In this document: piece after piece, positions 19,418-28,752 of the stretch | Layout of the letters: each line of letters begins with the position of its first letter | Numbering within the stretch: position 1 is the stretch's first letter | Assembly (NCBI GenBank): GCA_016187515.1 | Contig: JACPJN010000009.1 | Span: 68,891 to 132,890, forward strand | DNA length: 64,000 bases | Reading direction: 5' to 3' | DNA from: Candidatus Uhrbacteria bacterium | Lineage (GTDB): Bacteria; Patescibacteriota; Patescibacteriia; GWA2-47-26 | Program-made: the position numbers and the translations under genes | Notes under the pieces: generated by a model | Told to the model about the DNA's origin: nothing | What the model saw: the letters and a program-made list of their open reading frames with translations, nothing else | Databases searched by the model: none

Positions 19418-19708
19418 TTAAACTTTTTCCCGTTTTACGCCTGATGCGAAAACATTCAACTCTTGGTTATATTGCTCATTGGTCGCCCTGATTGTTGCGG
19501 ATCTTTTTTGGCCACGTCCGCTTTCGAGAAATGCTTTTAATCTCCTCGCGGTCGGCACATCAACCCAGTCTATTGTTATCGAGAGAGACGGCTCATTTCT
19601 TTGTGTCCTTAAAAAGTCCATAAATTCAAAGGTGTCCATACTTAAAAACTCGGAGCTAATATCTTTTGGAACCGGCTCATGTTCAATCTTGGAGTTGAAT
19701 GTTTCCAT
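19418..19708 (-). CDS. Hypothetical protein, AT-rich
   Basis: 96-aa ORF, visibly lower GC than flanks. Confidence 0.6.
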   Translation of the reverse strand: METFNSKIEHEPVPKDISSEFLSMDTFEFMDFLRTQRNEPSLSITIDWVDVPTARRLKAFLESGRGQKRSATIRATNEQYNQELNVFASGVKREKV

Positions 19709-19991
19709 AGTGTTAAAAGTTAAAAAAATAAATTATTTCCGATAACGGGCGGCGCGTATGCGAAGTCCCGACGGAATGTAGTGAAGTCGGGATTTGGGCA
19801 GGCACAGCGAAATGGCGGTGCAATTTCTGCTGTGGATAGGTGGACTTGACAGTTATCAGGAGTTGTGTTAGTATATGATTGGGTATCAACCGGTCGCTCG
19901 TTCAGTATCAATTGAGCGAGCCCAACCTTTCAAAAGGGCGCTGTCTGTAACAGGACGCGCTTTTTTGATATACTGGGTGCGTGGACTTTGA

Positions 19992-20064
19992 GGGCCCGTA
20001 GCCCAATTGGCAGAGTGCTCGGTTGATACCCGAGAGGTTGGGGGTTCGATGCCCCTCGGGTCCA
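19992..20064 (+). tRNA. tRNA with GAU anticodon (nominal tRNA-Ile)
   Basis: Cloverleaf: GGGCCCG/CGGGTCC acceptor, CTCGG-TTGATAC-CCGAG, GGGGG-TTCGATG-CCCCT; CCA not encoded. Confidence 0.88.
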
Positions 20065-20287
20065 CATCAAAGACCATCTCATAACGAGGTGGTTTTTGAT
20101 TATCAAGGAAATTGCATCGCCGATCATTTTATTTTGTGTAGCCGCATACGCCGTGCTCGTATAATCAAAGCATACCATTTCTGGTATGCTTTTGAGAAGT
20201 GAGAACCACCCCTGCCGTGTTGGGGTTTTATCCCCATCGCAAAGCGCGCGGCCTTCTTTCGCCGCCTTTCGCCGCCTATTAAATTCG

Positions 20288-20325
20288 GACGAAACTAACA
20301 TACTGTACAGTATGTTAGTTTCGTC
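20288..20325. repeat. Perfect 38-bp palindrome
   Basis: GACGAAACTAACATACTGT|ACAGTATGTTAGTTTCGTC. Confidence 0.9.
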
Positions 20326-20368
20326 TTCAACCGATATATAAGGGCTCTTTTCAATTTTTTCGTCCTTC

Positions 20369-20444
20369 GAGACCGTTGCAAAACTCCCTTTTTGTCATCC
20401 CCGCCTGCCTACCGCAGGCAGGCGAACGCGGGGATCCAGAAATC
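20369..20444. mobile_element. Left half of the MITE at 26184, with nested CCTGCC..GGCAGG hairpin
   Basis: GAGACCGTTGCAAAACTC...GTCATCCCCGC[insert]GAACGCGGGGATCCAGAAAT. Confidence 0.75.
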
Positions 20445-20525
20445 CTAATGGAGAATATTAAAAACCACCCTGACCGCGATCAGGGTGGGGCATGCGGCGG
20501 ACTCCATGGGGAAGGGCGCCGCACG

Positions 20526-21257
20526 TTACTCTTCCTCCTCCGCTTCGTCTTCCTCTTTTTCCGGATCAGGCCGCCAGGCGCCGCACTGACCTTCTTCGTC
20601 AAAAAGGTCGCTGCAGAATCCGTAGAGAAAACCGCGAATCCGCTGCCAGGTTTCACTCGGCGAAGTTACGAACTCGGAAGGGTTCTCGCTGCACCGCTGC
20701 ACCACTTCCCGCGTTGCGTCCTCCACGCACTCCAAAGTACAGTACGGATCCTCTTCAAAATTGAACCCATCGGTGAGCGCGGCAGGAAGCGCCTGGTAAT
20801 AGAGTACCTGCACGCACAGCACGGCCCCGGGTACGCGTTCAACTTCTGCCTCTGCGACGTGGCCCAGAATTGCGCCCTCATCCATAAGCGCCGAGAGTTC
20901 TTGCTCCACGGATTCAAGTGATCCCTGCAGTTCTGCTGGTGAGACCACGAGCGGCGAGCTTAGGAGACCCAGTTCCGCTTGCGCAAACCCCCGCATGGCG
21001 CCCAGTCGTCTCGCGCCGCGCTCGGAAAGCGTCTGCGGAAGCACCGCGTCCTCCTCAACGCGCCGCGCGCCGTTTTCCACGAGTCCGCACTGTTCAAAAG
21101 ACGGCACCTCGCCTCCTTGGCCGCGCATCGCGGTTTCAAGCACGCGCGCCGCTTCCTTGGTTTTCTCGTAGCGCCGCGTGAGCGCCTGCGCGTTATCTTC
21201 ATCGCGCTGCGCACAACCCATGGCGCAGATCATGAGCATTATGATTGGGCGTTTCAT
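20526..21257 (-). CDS. Hypothetical lipoprotein
   Basis: GGAGG RBS, MKRPIIMLMICAMGC; Cys-patterned C-terminus shared with next gene. Confidence 0.65.
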   Translation of the reverse strand: MKRPIIMLMICAMGCAQRDEDNAQALTRRYEKTKEAARVLETAMRGQGGEVPSFEQCGLVENGARRVEEDAVLPQTLSERGARRLGAMRGFAQAELGLLSSPLVVSPAELQGSLESVEQELSALMDEGAILGHVAEAEVERVPGAVLCVQVLYYQALPAALTDGFNFEEDPYCTLECVEDATREVVQRCSENPSEFVTSPSETWQRIRGFLYGFCSDLFDEEGQCGAWRPDPEKEEDEAEEEE

Positions 21258-21343
21258 GATGTCCTCCGTGTGGAAAGAAATAGCCGGTGGCACGAAATCG
21301 TCTCGCACCACCGACCTTGAGTTGTTTCCTCTCTCCTTCCGCT

Positions 21344-22294
21344 CTACTGGTAATAGCCCGCCGAGCGGAAGAAACACGCGATGTTCAGGTGCGTCTGCGA
21401 CCGCGCGATGTCGGCCGCGTCAATCGGCGTGCAGGGCTCGGTCAAGTGCCGCCCTTGGCGCGCGAGCACCTCGTCCGGCCCGGCCTCCAGGAACCACTGG
21501 GATTCGTAGAAGCACCAGCCCACGGTCGGAACCACCGCGGACTGCATGCAGGCCGCGCGGCAAAGATACACTGCCGGATCGTCCGCATCGTTCATGTACT
21601 GGAGCGCCGCGGGCGCGGAGCGGAACGCGACCTCCTGCATGCACAGGATCGCGCCCTGCAGGTTGTGCACCGTGCGCCCCACGGCCTCGGCCGCGCCGGC
21701 GATGCCGTCAATGATGCGCGAAACCCCTTCCATGATTCCGGTCGCGAGATCGTCCGGGGTCTCGATGTTGATGACGCTGCCTTCCACTCCGCCTCCGGCG
21801 CCTTCTCCGTAGCGGCGACCCATCCGACGGACGGTCTCCTCTTCGACCTCCCGCGCCATCCGCCGATCCGAGGCCTCCTGGAGCGTCCGAGGCGGCGGCA
21901 TGGGCGGAGGCGTAAACGGCTCGCCGAGCGCCGTGAGTTCGCGCTCGGTGTAGCGCTCGATCCGCTCGAGCTGTTCCTGCGCCTCTTGCGGCAAGTTCGG
22001 CGTGATGCCGAGCTCCCGCGGCTTGGTCGCGCCGCTCCAGGCGTACTGGAGCGTCACAACCGACGGAACCGGAACGTTTTCCGTTCCTTCGGCCTCGACG
22101 ATGCCGCCGACCTCCGCGACCGAGCTGCGCACCATCCGCGACCGCTCGATCGCGGCGATCGCGATCTCGCCCTCCAGCGCGGCCAGGAGCTCGGCCTTGG
22201 TCGGCCCTTCCTGCTGCGGCTCGCTGCCGCAGGCGGCAAGCAAAAGGTTGCTTCCGCAACAAACGGCCAGAAGAATGTTCTTGATCCACTGCAT
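21344..22294 (-). CDS. Hypothetical lipoprotein
   Basis: AAGGAGG RBS, LLAAC lipobox. Confidence 0.7.
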   Translation of the reverse strand: MQWIKNILLAVCCGSNLLLAACGSEPQQEGPTKAELLAALEGEIAIAAIERSRMVRSSVAEVGGIVEAEGTENVPVPSVVTLQYAWSGATKPRELGITPNLPQEAQEQLERIERYTERELTALGEPFTPPPMPPPRTLQEASDRRMAREVEEETVRRMGRRYGEGAGGGVEGSVINIETPDDLATGIMEGVSRIIDGIAGAAEAVGRTVHNLQGAILCMQEVAFRSAPAALQYMNDADDPAVYLCRAACMQSAVVPTVGWCFYESQWFLEAGPDEVLARQGRHLTEPCTPIDAADIARSQTHLNIACFFRSAGYYQ

Positions 22295-22438
22295 GACTCT
22301 TTGCCTCCTTGTCCCCACTTACGTGGCGGACGGTTGTTGTTTCTTAAGTCAAAGAACGATTTTCTACCGCTATCGTCTCATGCCGGTCTGGCGACAAATA
22401 GAGACGCGCGACGACAGGCAATGACAGCTTCGTGAAAA

Positions 22439-23170
22439 CTATGGACACGCCCCGTCGTCGCAGAGAACGGCGCCGCACTCTTCGGCCATACTAATCGCGT
22501 TTCCGCAGGAATCAACATCCCAGACATCGCCGTATCGGCAATCGCGCCACGCGGTCGGTACGCACACGCTTGTGACCGCCGGACTTGAAAAACAGCTTGA
22601 ATCCGGCGGACAATTTGCCCGCGAACCGCACGGCCCGCTGCACCACGAAATTGCCATATTCGTAGTCCAGACCAGACAACGCGGCGCTTCCGGGGGACAA
22701 TCGTCATCGTTGCCGCACGGACTGCACACCGGCGCAACACCTTCCACCACGCACTCAAATTCGCGCTCATCAGCGCTTACCGTACACACGGTCCCGGGCG
22801 GGCACACGAACCCGAGATCCTGCCACACGCTCACGCAGTCCTCCGGCTCGCCCATACGCGGCCCGCAAATCAGCGGCGTTTGTCCATCAGCGGCGCACAT
22901 AAAACTCTTCAGCGCCGGACACTCGCTTGGTCCGCATCCTGGTGGTAAGAGCGACGGTCCATCCTCACGCTCTTCCTCCGCGTTTCCCGCGCCGCCATCG
23001 GCGGCTTGGTGCGCGGTACTGTCCCCGCCGTCGTCGTACGCGCTGGGCGCCGCCCACTCCTCTCCTTCCACAGGTTCGGTCGGCTGTTCAACCACGACGA
23101 TCTTTACTTCGTCGCCGCATGATGAAAAGCAAATCACGACACATATATGAAAAACCCTAACTTGCGCCAT
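22439..23170 (-). CDS. Cys-rich hypothetical lipoprotein
   Basis: AAGGAG RBS, FSSC lipobox-like, many Cys, DVWDVDSCGN. Confidence 0.7.
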   Translation of the reverse strand: MAQVRVFHICVVICFSSCGDEVKIVVVEQPTEPVEGEEWAAPSAYDDGGDSTAHQAADGGAGNAEEEREDGPSLLPPGCGPSECPALKSFMCAADGQTPLICGPRMGEPEDCVSVWQDLGFVCPPGTVCTVSADEREFECVVEGVAPVCSPCGNDDDCPPEAPRCLVWTTNMAISWCSGPCGSRANCPPDSSCFSSPAVTSVCVPTAWRDCRYGDVWDVDSCGNAISMAEECGAVLCDDGACP

Positions 23171-23364
23171 GGCGGTTTCTCCTTTTGATATTTTTGTCAA
23201 AGAGCCATTCCCTGTTCTCATCATCCCGCTCCCCTGTCCTGACAACTAGAGAAACGTAACGACGCAAAAGTCTACACACTGAAAACATCCCTGAAAAACA
23301 AAAAAAGGTCCGCGCGCCCGGCGTGGCCGCGGTTTCATGGACTAGTCCATGAAACCGGCTGCAT

Positions 23365-23409
23365 AAAAAAACGACCCGTCCCTGAGGAACGGATCGGACA
23401 AAAGGAACA
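23365..23409 (-). terminator. Conserved cassette-junction terminator motif, copy 1
   Basis: AAAAAACGACCCG...CGGATCGG...GAACA; hairpin plus T-tract on minus strand. Confidence 0.75.
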
Positions 23410-23512
23410 GCGGACTACGTACGTTATCCTCCCATAGTACTCCCATCATGGACGCAATCGCGCTTTGTGGTGCAGCGGGTGCAGACCACGCGGCCCTCGC
23501 CAAAGATTCGGT

Positions 23513-23938
23513 TCAGGCATACTGTCGTCCTCCTTGACGTACTGCGTCTGCAGCGCGTTCAAGTAACCTGCGCACACCCTCCGGATACCACGGCCTCCAT
23601 AGGTAGGTATATACACCCTCTACCATTATCCCGCTTGGCCACTGTTGGAAAAGCTCGCCGGTGACCGGGCCCTCGTAGTAAGCGAGCGACAAGATTCCCA
23701 GCAGTCCGGGATGCCGCCGGAAAAAGTGCAGCGCCGGATCAAGATCGCTCCGCTGCTGAACGCCCCGTACATCCACCACCGCAATCGGTATTGGCCTGCG
23801 CGTAAGCGCTGCTGCGGCGGCTTCCAGATCATTGGCAATAATGATCTCGTAGGCAACTTGTGTTGCGCCAAGCACGCGCAGGAATTCTTGACCGTGCCGC
23901 TCTGACGCTACCAGTAGAACACAAAGCTTATCCTCCAT
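23513..23938 (-). CDS. Degenerate receiver-like domain protein
   Basis: IAVVDV and YLWRPW in receiver-like positions; acidic pocket and Lys not conserved. Confidence 0.55.
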   Translation of the reverse strand: MEDKLCVLLVASERHGQEFLRVLGATQVAYEIIIANDLEAAAAALTRRPIPIAVVDVRGVQQRSDLDPALHFFRRHPGLLGILSLAYYEGPVTGELFQQWPSGIMVEGVYTYLWRPWYPEGVRRLLERAADAVRQGGRQYA

Positions 23939-23988
23939 GTCAAAGTCCTCCTCATCTTTAGTACACCATAATCCGCACTTCTGTGTCA

Positions 23989-24111
23989 ACCCCGCGCCTT
24001 AAGAAGGACAGGTACGGTGTGTCTTGGTGTCCTTCAGAGATAAGTCCATGCCTTTTTTAGAGAGATATTCTAAACGGCGCGTAGCGCCGAGGTTCTCTTA
24101 AGGCGCGGGGT
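23989..24111. mobile_element. MITE-like element with 16-bp terminal inverted repeats
   Basis: ACCCCGCGCCTTAAGA ... TCTTAAGGCGCGGGGT. Confidence 0.7.
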
Positions 24112-24244
24112 CAACCCCTCAAAAATCTTTCAGCAAAATAAGGTCCGGCCGGACCTTATTTTGTTATGGGAGAAAAATTTTCGTGCAACAAAAAAAGACC
24201 CACTGAAGAGTGGATCTTGCCAGAAGAACAAGCCGGGCGCTGCT

Positions 24245-24877
24245 CTACCCGCAATCCATGACTCCGTAGGTGTACTCCTCCGCCAGCGCCGCTGCGGACT
24301 GCGTCAGACACATGCCGGCATCCACTCCGGGAATCGCGCAGCAAACCGGTTCGGTGGAAACGCAATCCGCCCCGCCGTGACAGGCGCGGGCAGTGATCTC
24401 CAGTCGGCGGGCGGCCAGGTCCGGATCAAACGCGAAGTTGCACGACTCTCGACACTCCAGCCCGACGCTGTCAATCCCGGCCGTGGCCATGGCCGCATCA
24501 ATCTCGAAAACGACTTCCGCGCAGCAGATGTGCCCGCCGCAATCCTCCGGCCCGTCGCACTGCAGGCCAACACCCTCACACCCCTTTTCAATCGGCACGC
24601 AGATTGCGCCGGTCAGCGCAAGGCAGCACTCCTCGCGGTCAACCCAGCACGGTTGCGGCCCGCAGGCAATTTCTTGAGCGGCCCCGTCAGGCGAGGCGCG
24701 GCTTACCGCGTCAACCACCATGGCATCGCGCGGCAGTGCGTCAGGCGCGGCCGAATCCGGCGTCGCCGCGCCAACCTTGCCGTCCGAAAGACCCGCCGGC
24801 GCCGGGCGGTCAGCGCTGCAACCGGCCAGCAGCGCGCCGGCGGCTGCAAAAATTCCGTGATAAAAGGAACAGCGCAT
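24245..24877 (-). CDS. Cys-rich hypothetical lipoprotein
   Basis: LLAGC lipobox, QCDGPEDC; AGGAG RBS; promoter TTGACA-17-TATGCT. Confidence 0.75.
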   Translation of the reverse strand: MRCSFYHGIFAAAGALLAGCSADRPAPAGLSDGKVGAATPDSAAPDALPRDAMVVDAVSRASPDGAAQEIACGPQPCWVDREECCLALTGAICVPIEKGCEGVGLQCDGPEDCGGHICCAEVVFEIDAAMATAGIDSVGLECRESCNFAFDPDLAARRLEITARACHGGADCVSTEPVCCAIPGVDAGMCLTQSAAALAEEYTYGVMDCG

Positions 24878-25014
24878 GATCTCCTCCTTGCCCGGTTGAT
24901 TAGGGCTATCTTCAGCATAGTGTTTTTGCGGATGTTTGTCAACCTATTATTAAAAAAGATCCGCGCGTGCGGATCTGAAAAAGACGCTCCAAGGAACAAC
25001 GGCTCCGGCCCGGT

Positions 25015-25848
25015 CTAGCCATCCAGGCCATGCCAGCGTGCGCACCAAATACAATCGTCCATGCCATCACACTCGCTGGATTCTGCGGCGCTTGGCGAGC
25101 CGATCGGACCGTCTGGCGCGCGTGGCGGATCTTCCGCCTCGTCTCCGCAAGCGCGACATACGCCAATCTTATATCGGAAATAATGTCCGGCGCCATCTTC
25201 CCCAGCGTAGGTCTCCTCAACAATCTCACGTTCCTCAACTGGCCCAAGATGACTGCCGGCTGAACAAGACGCGCCGGCCGTTTGCGCTGGCGGCGTGATT
25301 TCCGCGATTCTTTCGGCGGGCAACGCCGTAATTTCTCGTCCAAGCGCCGCCGTGGACAGTCCGGGCGCAGACAGAGCCGCGGTGCTGTACACGGCAGCGG
25401 CCGCCTTATCTTGGTCGCGCCTTGCTGCCGCACATGCTTGTTCAAGGGCAGCAATAAACCGTGGAAGATACGTTGGCGCGATGTGGAAGATGCCCCGCCA
25501 CTCTGGACTAAATTCCAACTCCCCAGCGCCGTAGTACGCGCAAATGGTTCCGGCCGGCAACGGAAGCGCAATACTGCGCATGTCGGAATTATCCGCGGAC
25601 AGGATTTGACGCAAGTTTGCCAGCAGTTTATGCGCCTGCGGCCGCGCCAGCGCCAGTTTTGCCGAGGAAGGCGTGGGCTTCAGCGCCAGCGCCTGGGAAA
25701 ACCAGGTGATGACAACCTGATATACCTGAGCGCATTCCACTTCGCTTTTACGCAAAGCAGTGCAGGTGATGCGCGCATTGATATGCGGCCCCACCTCAAT
25801 TTCTTCTTGAAAAACCGTGATCAGCGCTGTCTCAGTCATGTGCATTTC
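25015..25848 (-). CDS. Hypothetical protein
   Basis: Long ORF, AAGGAG upstream of MHMTE, C-terminal CxxC pairs. Confidence 0.65.
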   Translation of the reverse strand, partial: EMHMTETALITVFQEEIEVGPHINARITCTALRKSEVECAQVYQVVITWFSQALALKPTPSSAKLALARPQAHKLLANLRQILSADNSDMRSIALPLPAGTICAYYGAGELEFSPEWRGIFHIAPTYLPRFIAALEQACAAARRDQDKAAAAVYSTAALSAPGLSTAALGREITALPAERIAEITPPAQTAGASCSAGSHLGPVEEREIVEETYAGEDGAGHYFRYKIGVCRACGDEAEDPPRAPDGPIGSPSAAESSECDGMDDCIWCARWHGLDG

Positions 25849-25900
25849 TCCTTCTTGGTGATTCACTTGTCAACGAACACTTTATACCATCCCCGGCACC

Positions 25901-26119
25901 TTATGGTTCCTCCATCGCGCGCGTCTTAGTGAGGAAACACCCTCGACACTCGCAATACGGGTCATCGGAATCATGACCGACTGGCGGATCCGGCGGATAA
26001 GGGGTTCCACAGTGGTCGCACCGACGGCGATGGCCCATCGCCACTGTTCCCTCGCACATGTACGCACCGCACGTGCACTGCGTAAAACGGCCCTCTTGCC
26101 TGCACTTCGGACATTTCAT
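25901..26119 (-). CDS. Small Cys-rich zinc-ribbon protein
   Basis: AAGGAG RBS; MKCPKC, CDHC, CECRGC. Confidence 0.6.
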   Translation of the reverse strand: MKCPKCRQEGRFTQCTCGAYMCEGTVAMGHRRRCDHCGTPYPPDPPVGHDSDDPYCECRGCFLTKTRAMEEP

Positions 26120-26183
26120 GGTTTTTCTCCTTACTCCATCTATAGCATGCCCCTGATCCACGTTTGCGTCAAGGGCGACAAAA

Positions 26184-26312
26184 GAGACCGTTGCAAAACT
26201 CAATTTTTGTCATCCCCGCGAACGCGGGGATCCAGAAATTCCAGTGAATCGTAGATTCCCGCTTCCGCGGGAATGACAGAGGAGGGCAATTTAAGAGTTT
26301 TGCAACGGTCTC
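26184..26312. mobile_element. 129-bp MITE with perfect 18-bp TIRs and internal dRS3-like palindromes
   Basis: GAGACCGTTGCAAAACTC / GAGTTTTGCAACGGTCTC; internal ATTCCC-N8-GGGAAT; ACAAAA on both flanks. Confidence 0.85.
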
Positions 26313-26357
26313 ACAAAAAACGACCCGCCCCGTGGAGCGGATCGGGCCAAAGAACAA
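26313..26357 (-). terminator. Conserved cassette-junction terminator motif, copy 2
   Basis: ACAAAAAACGACCCGCCCCGTGGAGCGGATCGGGCCAAAGAACAA directly after stop codon. Confidence 0.8.
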
Positions 26358-27422
26358 CTACGCAAACCCCATTTCGCGATCGGTCTGCCGCATCGCCTGG
26401 AGCGGGTCAAGTCCGCGGCCAAGCATCCGAATCGCGTCAAGATTGGGCAGTACCGCCACGGTGCGGTAGTACAGAAAGGCCACGATTTGCAAGAAACATG
26501 ATGACGCGCCTGGCCGCGGCTCAAGCGCATCGCGCACCACCATGATCGGCGGGATCCGATCATCAAAGGCACGCGCCAGATTCAGGTCGTAGGTGGACGT
26601 TACGCCGAAAGGAAGCAGCGCCACATGGGGCATTTGCCCAAGCCGCTCCAGCGCCTGTTCATGCGTTAGGAATTCTCGACACTGGATGTGAATCGTCACG
26701 CAATAGTGCAGCAGCGATGGTATCTGAACAACGAGATTCACCCGCACCCGCTGTTGTGGAAGCAAATCGCCCAGCTGGTTCTGAACGCGATCGGCAAGAT
26801 CACGGCGCACCGTGACGGTATTGACGCGTTCCATGATCATGTAATCCGCCTCCCGTCGGTCAAACTGCATGAGCACCTGAAGGCGCACACCATCAGTAAT
26901 ATCCTTAAAGGGGTAAAGGAGCGGGACCACCCCGGAAAGGATGCAATCGCTCATCCGCAATTGCTTTGCGCCGGCGGGATTAGCCGAGGTAAGCGGCGGG
27001 ACGATGAGCTGACCCTCTGGATACGCGCCGTCTTGCAGTAGAATAAAACCGCGAAAATGCTGATACTGATCGGCAAACGGATTGCGGCCATGCGGATACA
27101 CTGTATCCACTACCACATCACACTCGCGGTTGAGCGCCAATTTATCGATATGCTCAAAGCGAATCAGTCCTTGCTCGGCATTGAGCGCGGTTACCGCGTC
27201 GCGGGAAGACGCGTCAAGATACATCCGCGTCGGAAGCTCGCGCTTCAGTTGAGGATTTATCTGAATGCGCTCCAGCAGCCGCTCCAGCGTTTGGTCGCGC
27301 ACCACCACACCGGCGGTGCATTCCAGATCCGAGGAACGCGCGGCAGCTGACGCCAGCCGAGATCCCAGCAGTCCCGCGGCTCCTCTAATCCCGACCCGGA
27401 TCTTCTTGCGATCTTCTTTCAT
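26358..27422 (-). CDS. Divergent type II (archaeal-type) GAPDH-like oxidoreductase
   Basis: IRVGIRGAAGLLGSRLA Rossmann start, LRMSDC, C-terminal VLPNLDAIRML. Confidence 0.6.
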   Translation of the reverse strand: MKEDRKKIRVGIRGAAGLLGSRLASAAARSSDLECTAGVVVRDQTLERLLERIQINPQLKRELPTRMYLDASSRDAVTALNAEQGLIRFEHIDKLALNRECDVVVDTVYPHGRNPFADQYQHFRGFILLQDGAYPEGQLIVPPLTSANPAGAKQLRMSDCILSGVVPLLYPFKDITDGVRLQVLMQFDRREADYMIMERVNTVTVRRDLADRVQNQLGDLLPQQRVRVNLVVQIPSLLHYCVTIHIQCREFLTHEQALERLGQMPHVALLPFGVTSTYDLNLARAFDDRIPPIMVVRDALEPRPGASSCFLQIVAFLYYRTVAVLPNLDAIRMLGRGLDPLQAMRQTDREMGFA

Positions 27423-27436
27423 GATTCACTCCTCTG

Positions 27437-28012
27437 CTAATACAAGCCGTAGGTCGCAATGTAGCAAGCGACCGCCAGGGGTACCAGCGTGTCAATGGAT
27501 TCCCCGGCGCCTACCCGCCGGCGAATCTCGGTACTGGAAATATCCATGCCCGACGTTTGAAGTACGCTGACCTTACGCCGCGCCTCCGGAGGCACTGGCG
27601 ACAAATCTACGCCCGCGCGCGGAATGATCAAAAATTGACAAAGATCAAGCGCCGCGTATCCGCCGGTCCAGCGCGTCGGCATATCGCGAAGTGAATCCGC
27701 TCCCATAATCCAGCACAACCGCTGATCAGATGAAAGCGATGCGCGGAGTCGGATGATCAAATCAAAGGTGAAGCATTTTCCTTGAGTGGCAATCTCCAGA
27801 TCGCACAGGGAGAAGCGCTGCTCGTCCGCGATGGCAAGGCGTATCATCTCCACCCGATCCAAAGCAGAAGCAGCGTCTGGACGTTTATGCGCCCAAGCCG
27901 GCATAAACCGGATTTCGCGCAGTCCGGCTTCCGCCATCGCAATCCTCGCCATCTCCAAATGTCCTTGATGGATAGGGTCAAATGTGCCCCCCAGAATGCC
28001 GATACTTGTCAT
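27437..28012 (-). CDS. nadD: Nicotinate-nucleotide adenylyltransferase
   Basis: GGTFDPIHQGH, IMGADS, ISSTEIR. Confidence 0.92.
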   Translation of the reverse strand: MTSIGILGGTFDPIHQGHLEMARIAMAEAGLREIRFMPAWAHKRPDAASALDRVEMIRLAIADEQRFSLCDLEIATQGKCFTFDLIIRLRASLSSDQRLCWIMGADSLRDMPTRWTGGYAALDLCQFLIIPRAGVDLSPVPPEARRKVSVLQTSGMDISSTEIRRRVGAGESIDTLVPLAVACYIATYGLY

Positions 28013-28081
28013 GGAACATCCTCCTTTTTCAGTACATCATACCGCTCATTCAGCGTCAAGTAGGCGCAAAAATAAAAACGA

Positions 28082-28205
28082 CCCGCCCCGTACCTTTCCG
28101 AAGGAGTATCCTTCGTATAGGACAGAGAGAGCCGCAAGGCGGATTCGCCTTCCCGTTTTGCCTTAGGCACCACCACGGCTGGGAAAGGTATGGGGCCCGC
28201 CCCGT
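28082..28205. mobile_element. MITE-like insertion splitting junction motif copy 3
   Basis: GCCCCGTACCTTTCC ... GGAAAGGTATGGGGC; CCCGCCCCGT duplicated at 28082 and 28196. Confidence 0.7.
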
Positions 28206-28270
28206 GGAGCGGATCGCGGCAAGATTTCCTGCGGTGCTGATCACCGCCAAAGAACAAAACGCGGTAATTG

Positions 28271-28678
28271 TTAGGATGAGGCGGGCTTTGCTGATGCTCG
28301 TTCGCGCAGATCTTCCTGAACAAGCGTAATGAGCTCCGCCGCCAACCCCACCACGGTCTGCTGATCATATCCATTACTGCGCAACTCCCTATAGATCGCG
28401 CGGGCCAGAATCCTAATTCCTCTCTCGTCTGGAGTACTCACCCTAAGCGAGGCCAGGGCCGAGGTAGGCGTTGATCGCGCAGATTGGTAAGATGCTGAAA
28501 CCCGCGGAGTCCCGTGCGGCGATGTGCCTTTTCTCCTACTTCCCATAACCGTCCCCCAAAGTTTCCGCAGAAGCTCCTGCCCTCCCATAAAAATGCACAT
28601 GGCCAACAACAGAGCAACTAGAAACAGCCACCCTACTACTTTCACCAAAAAGAGCAGTATTTTCCCGAGATACCGCAT
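28271..28678 (-). CDS. Hypothetical membrane-anchored protein
   Basis: N-terminal TM; C-terminal RILARAIYRELRSNGYDQQTVVGLAAELI; AGGAG RBS. Confidence 0.65.
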   Translation of the reverse strand: MRYLGKILLFLVKVVGWLFLVALLLAMCIFMGGQELLRKLWGTVMGSRRKGTSPHGTPRVSASYQSARSTPTSALASLRVSTPDERGIRILARAIYRELRSNGYDQQTVVGLAAELITLVQEDLRERASAKPASS

Positions 28679-28752
28679 TGATCTACTCCTTGTTCACGCG
28701 CACACTAGACACCAGGTATTCTCCTCAATACACCTTGAGCGCCGCGGCCAAG

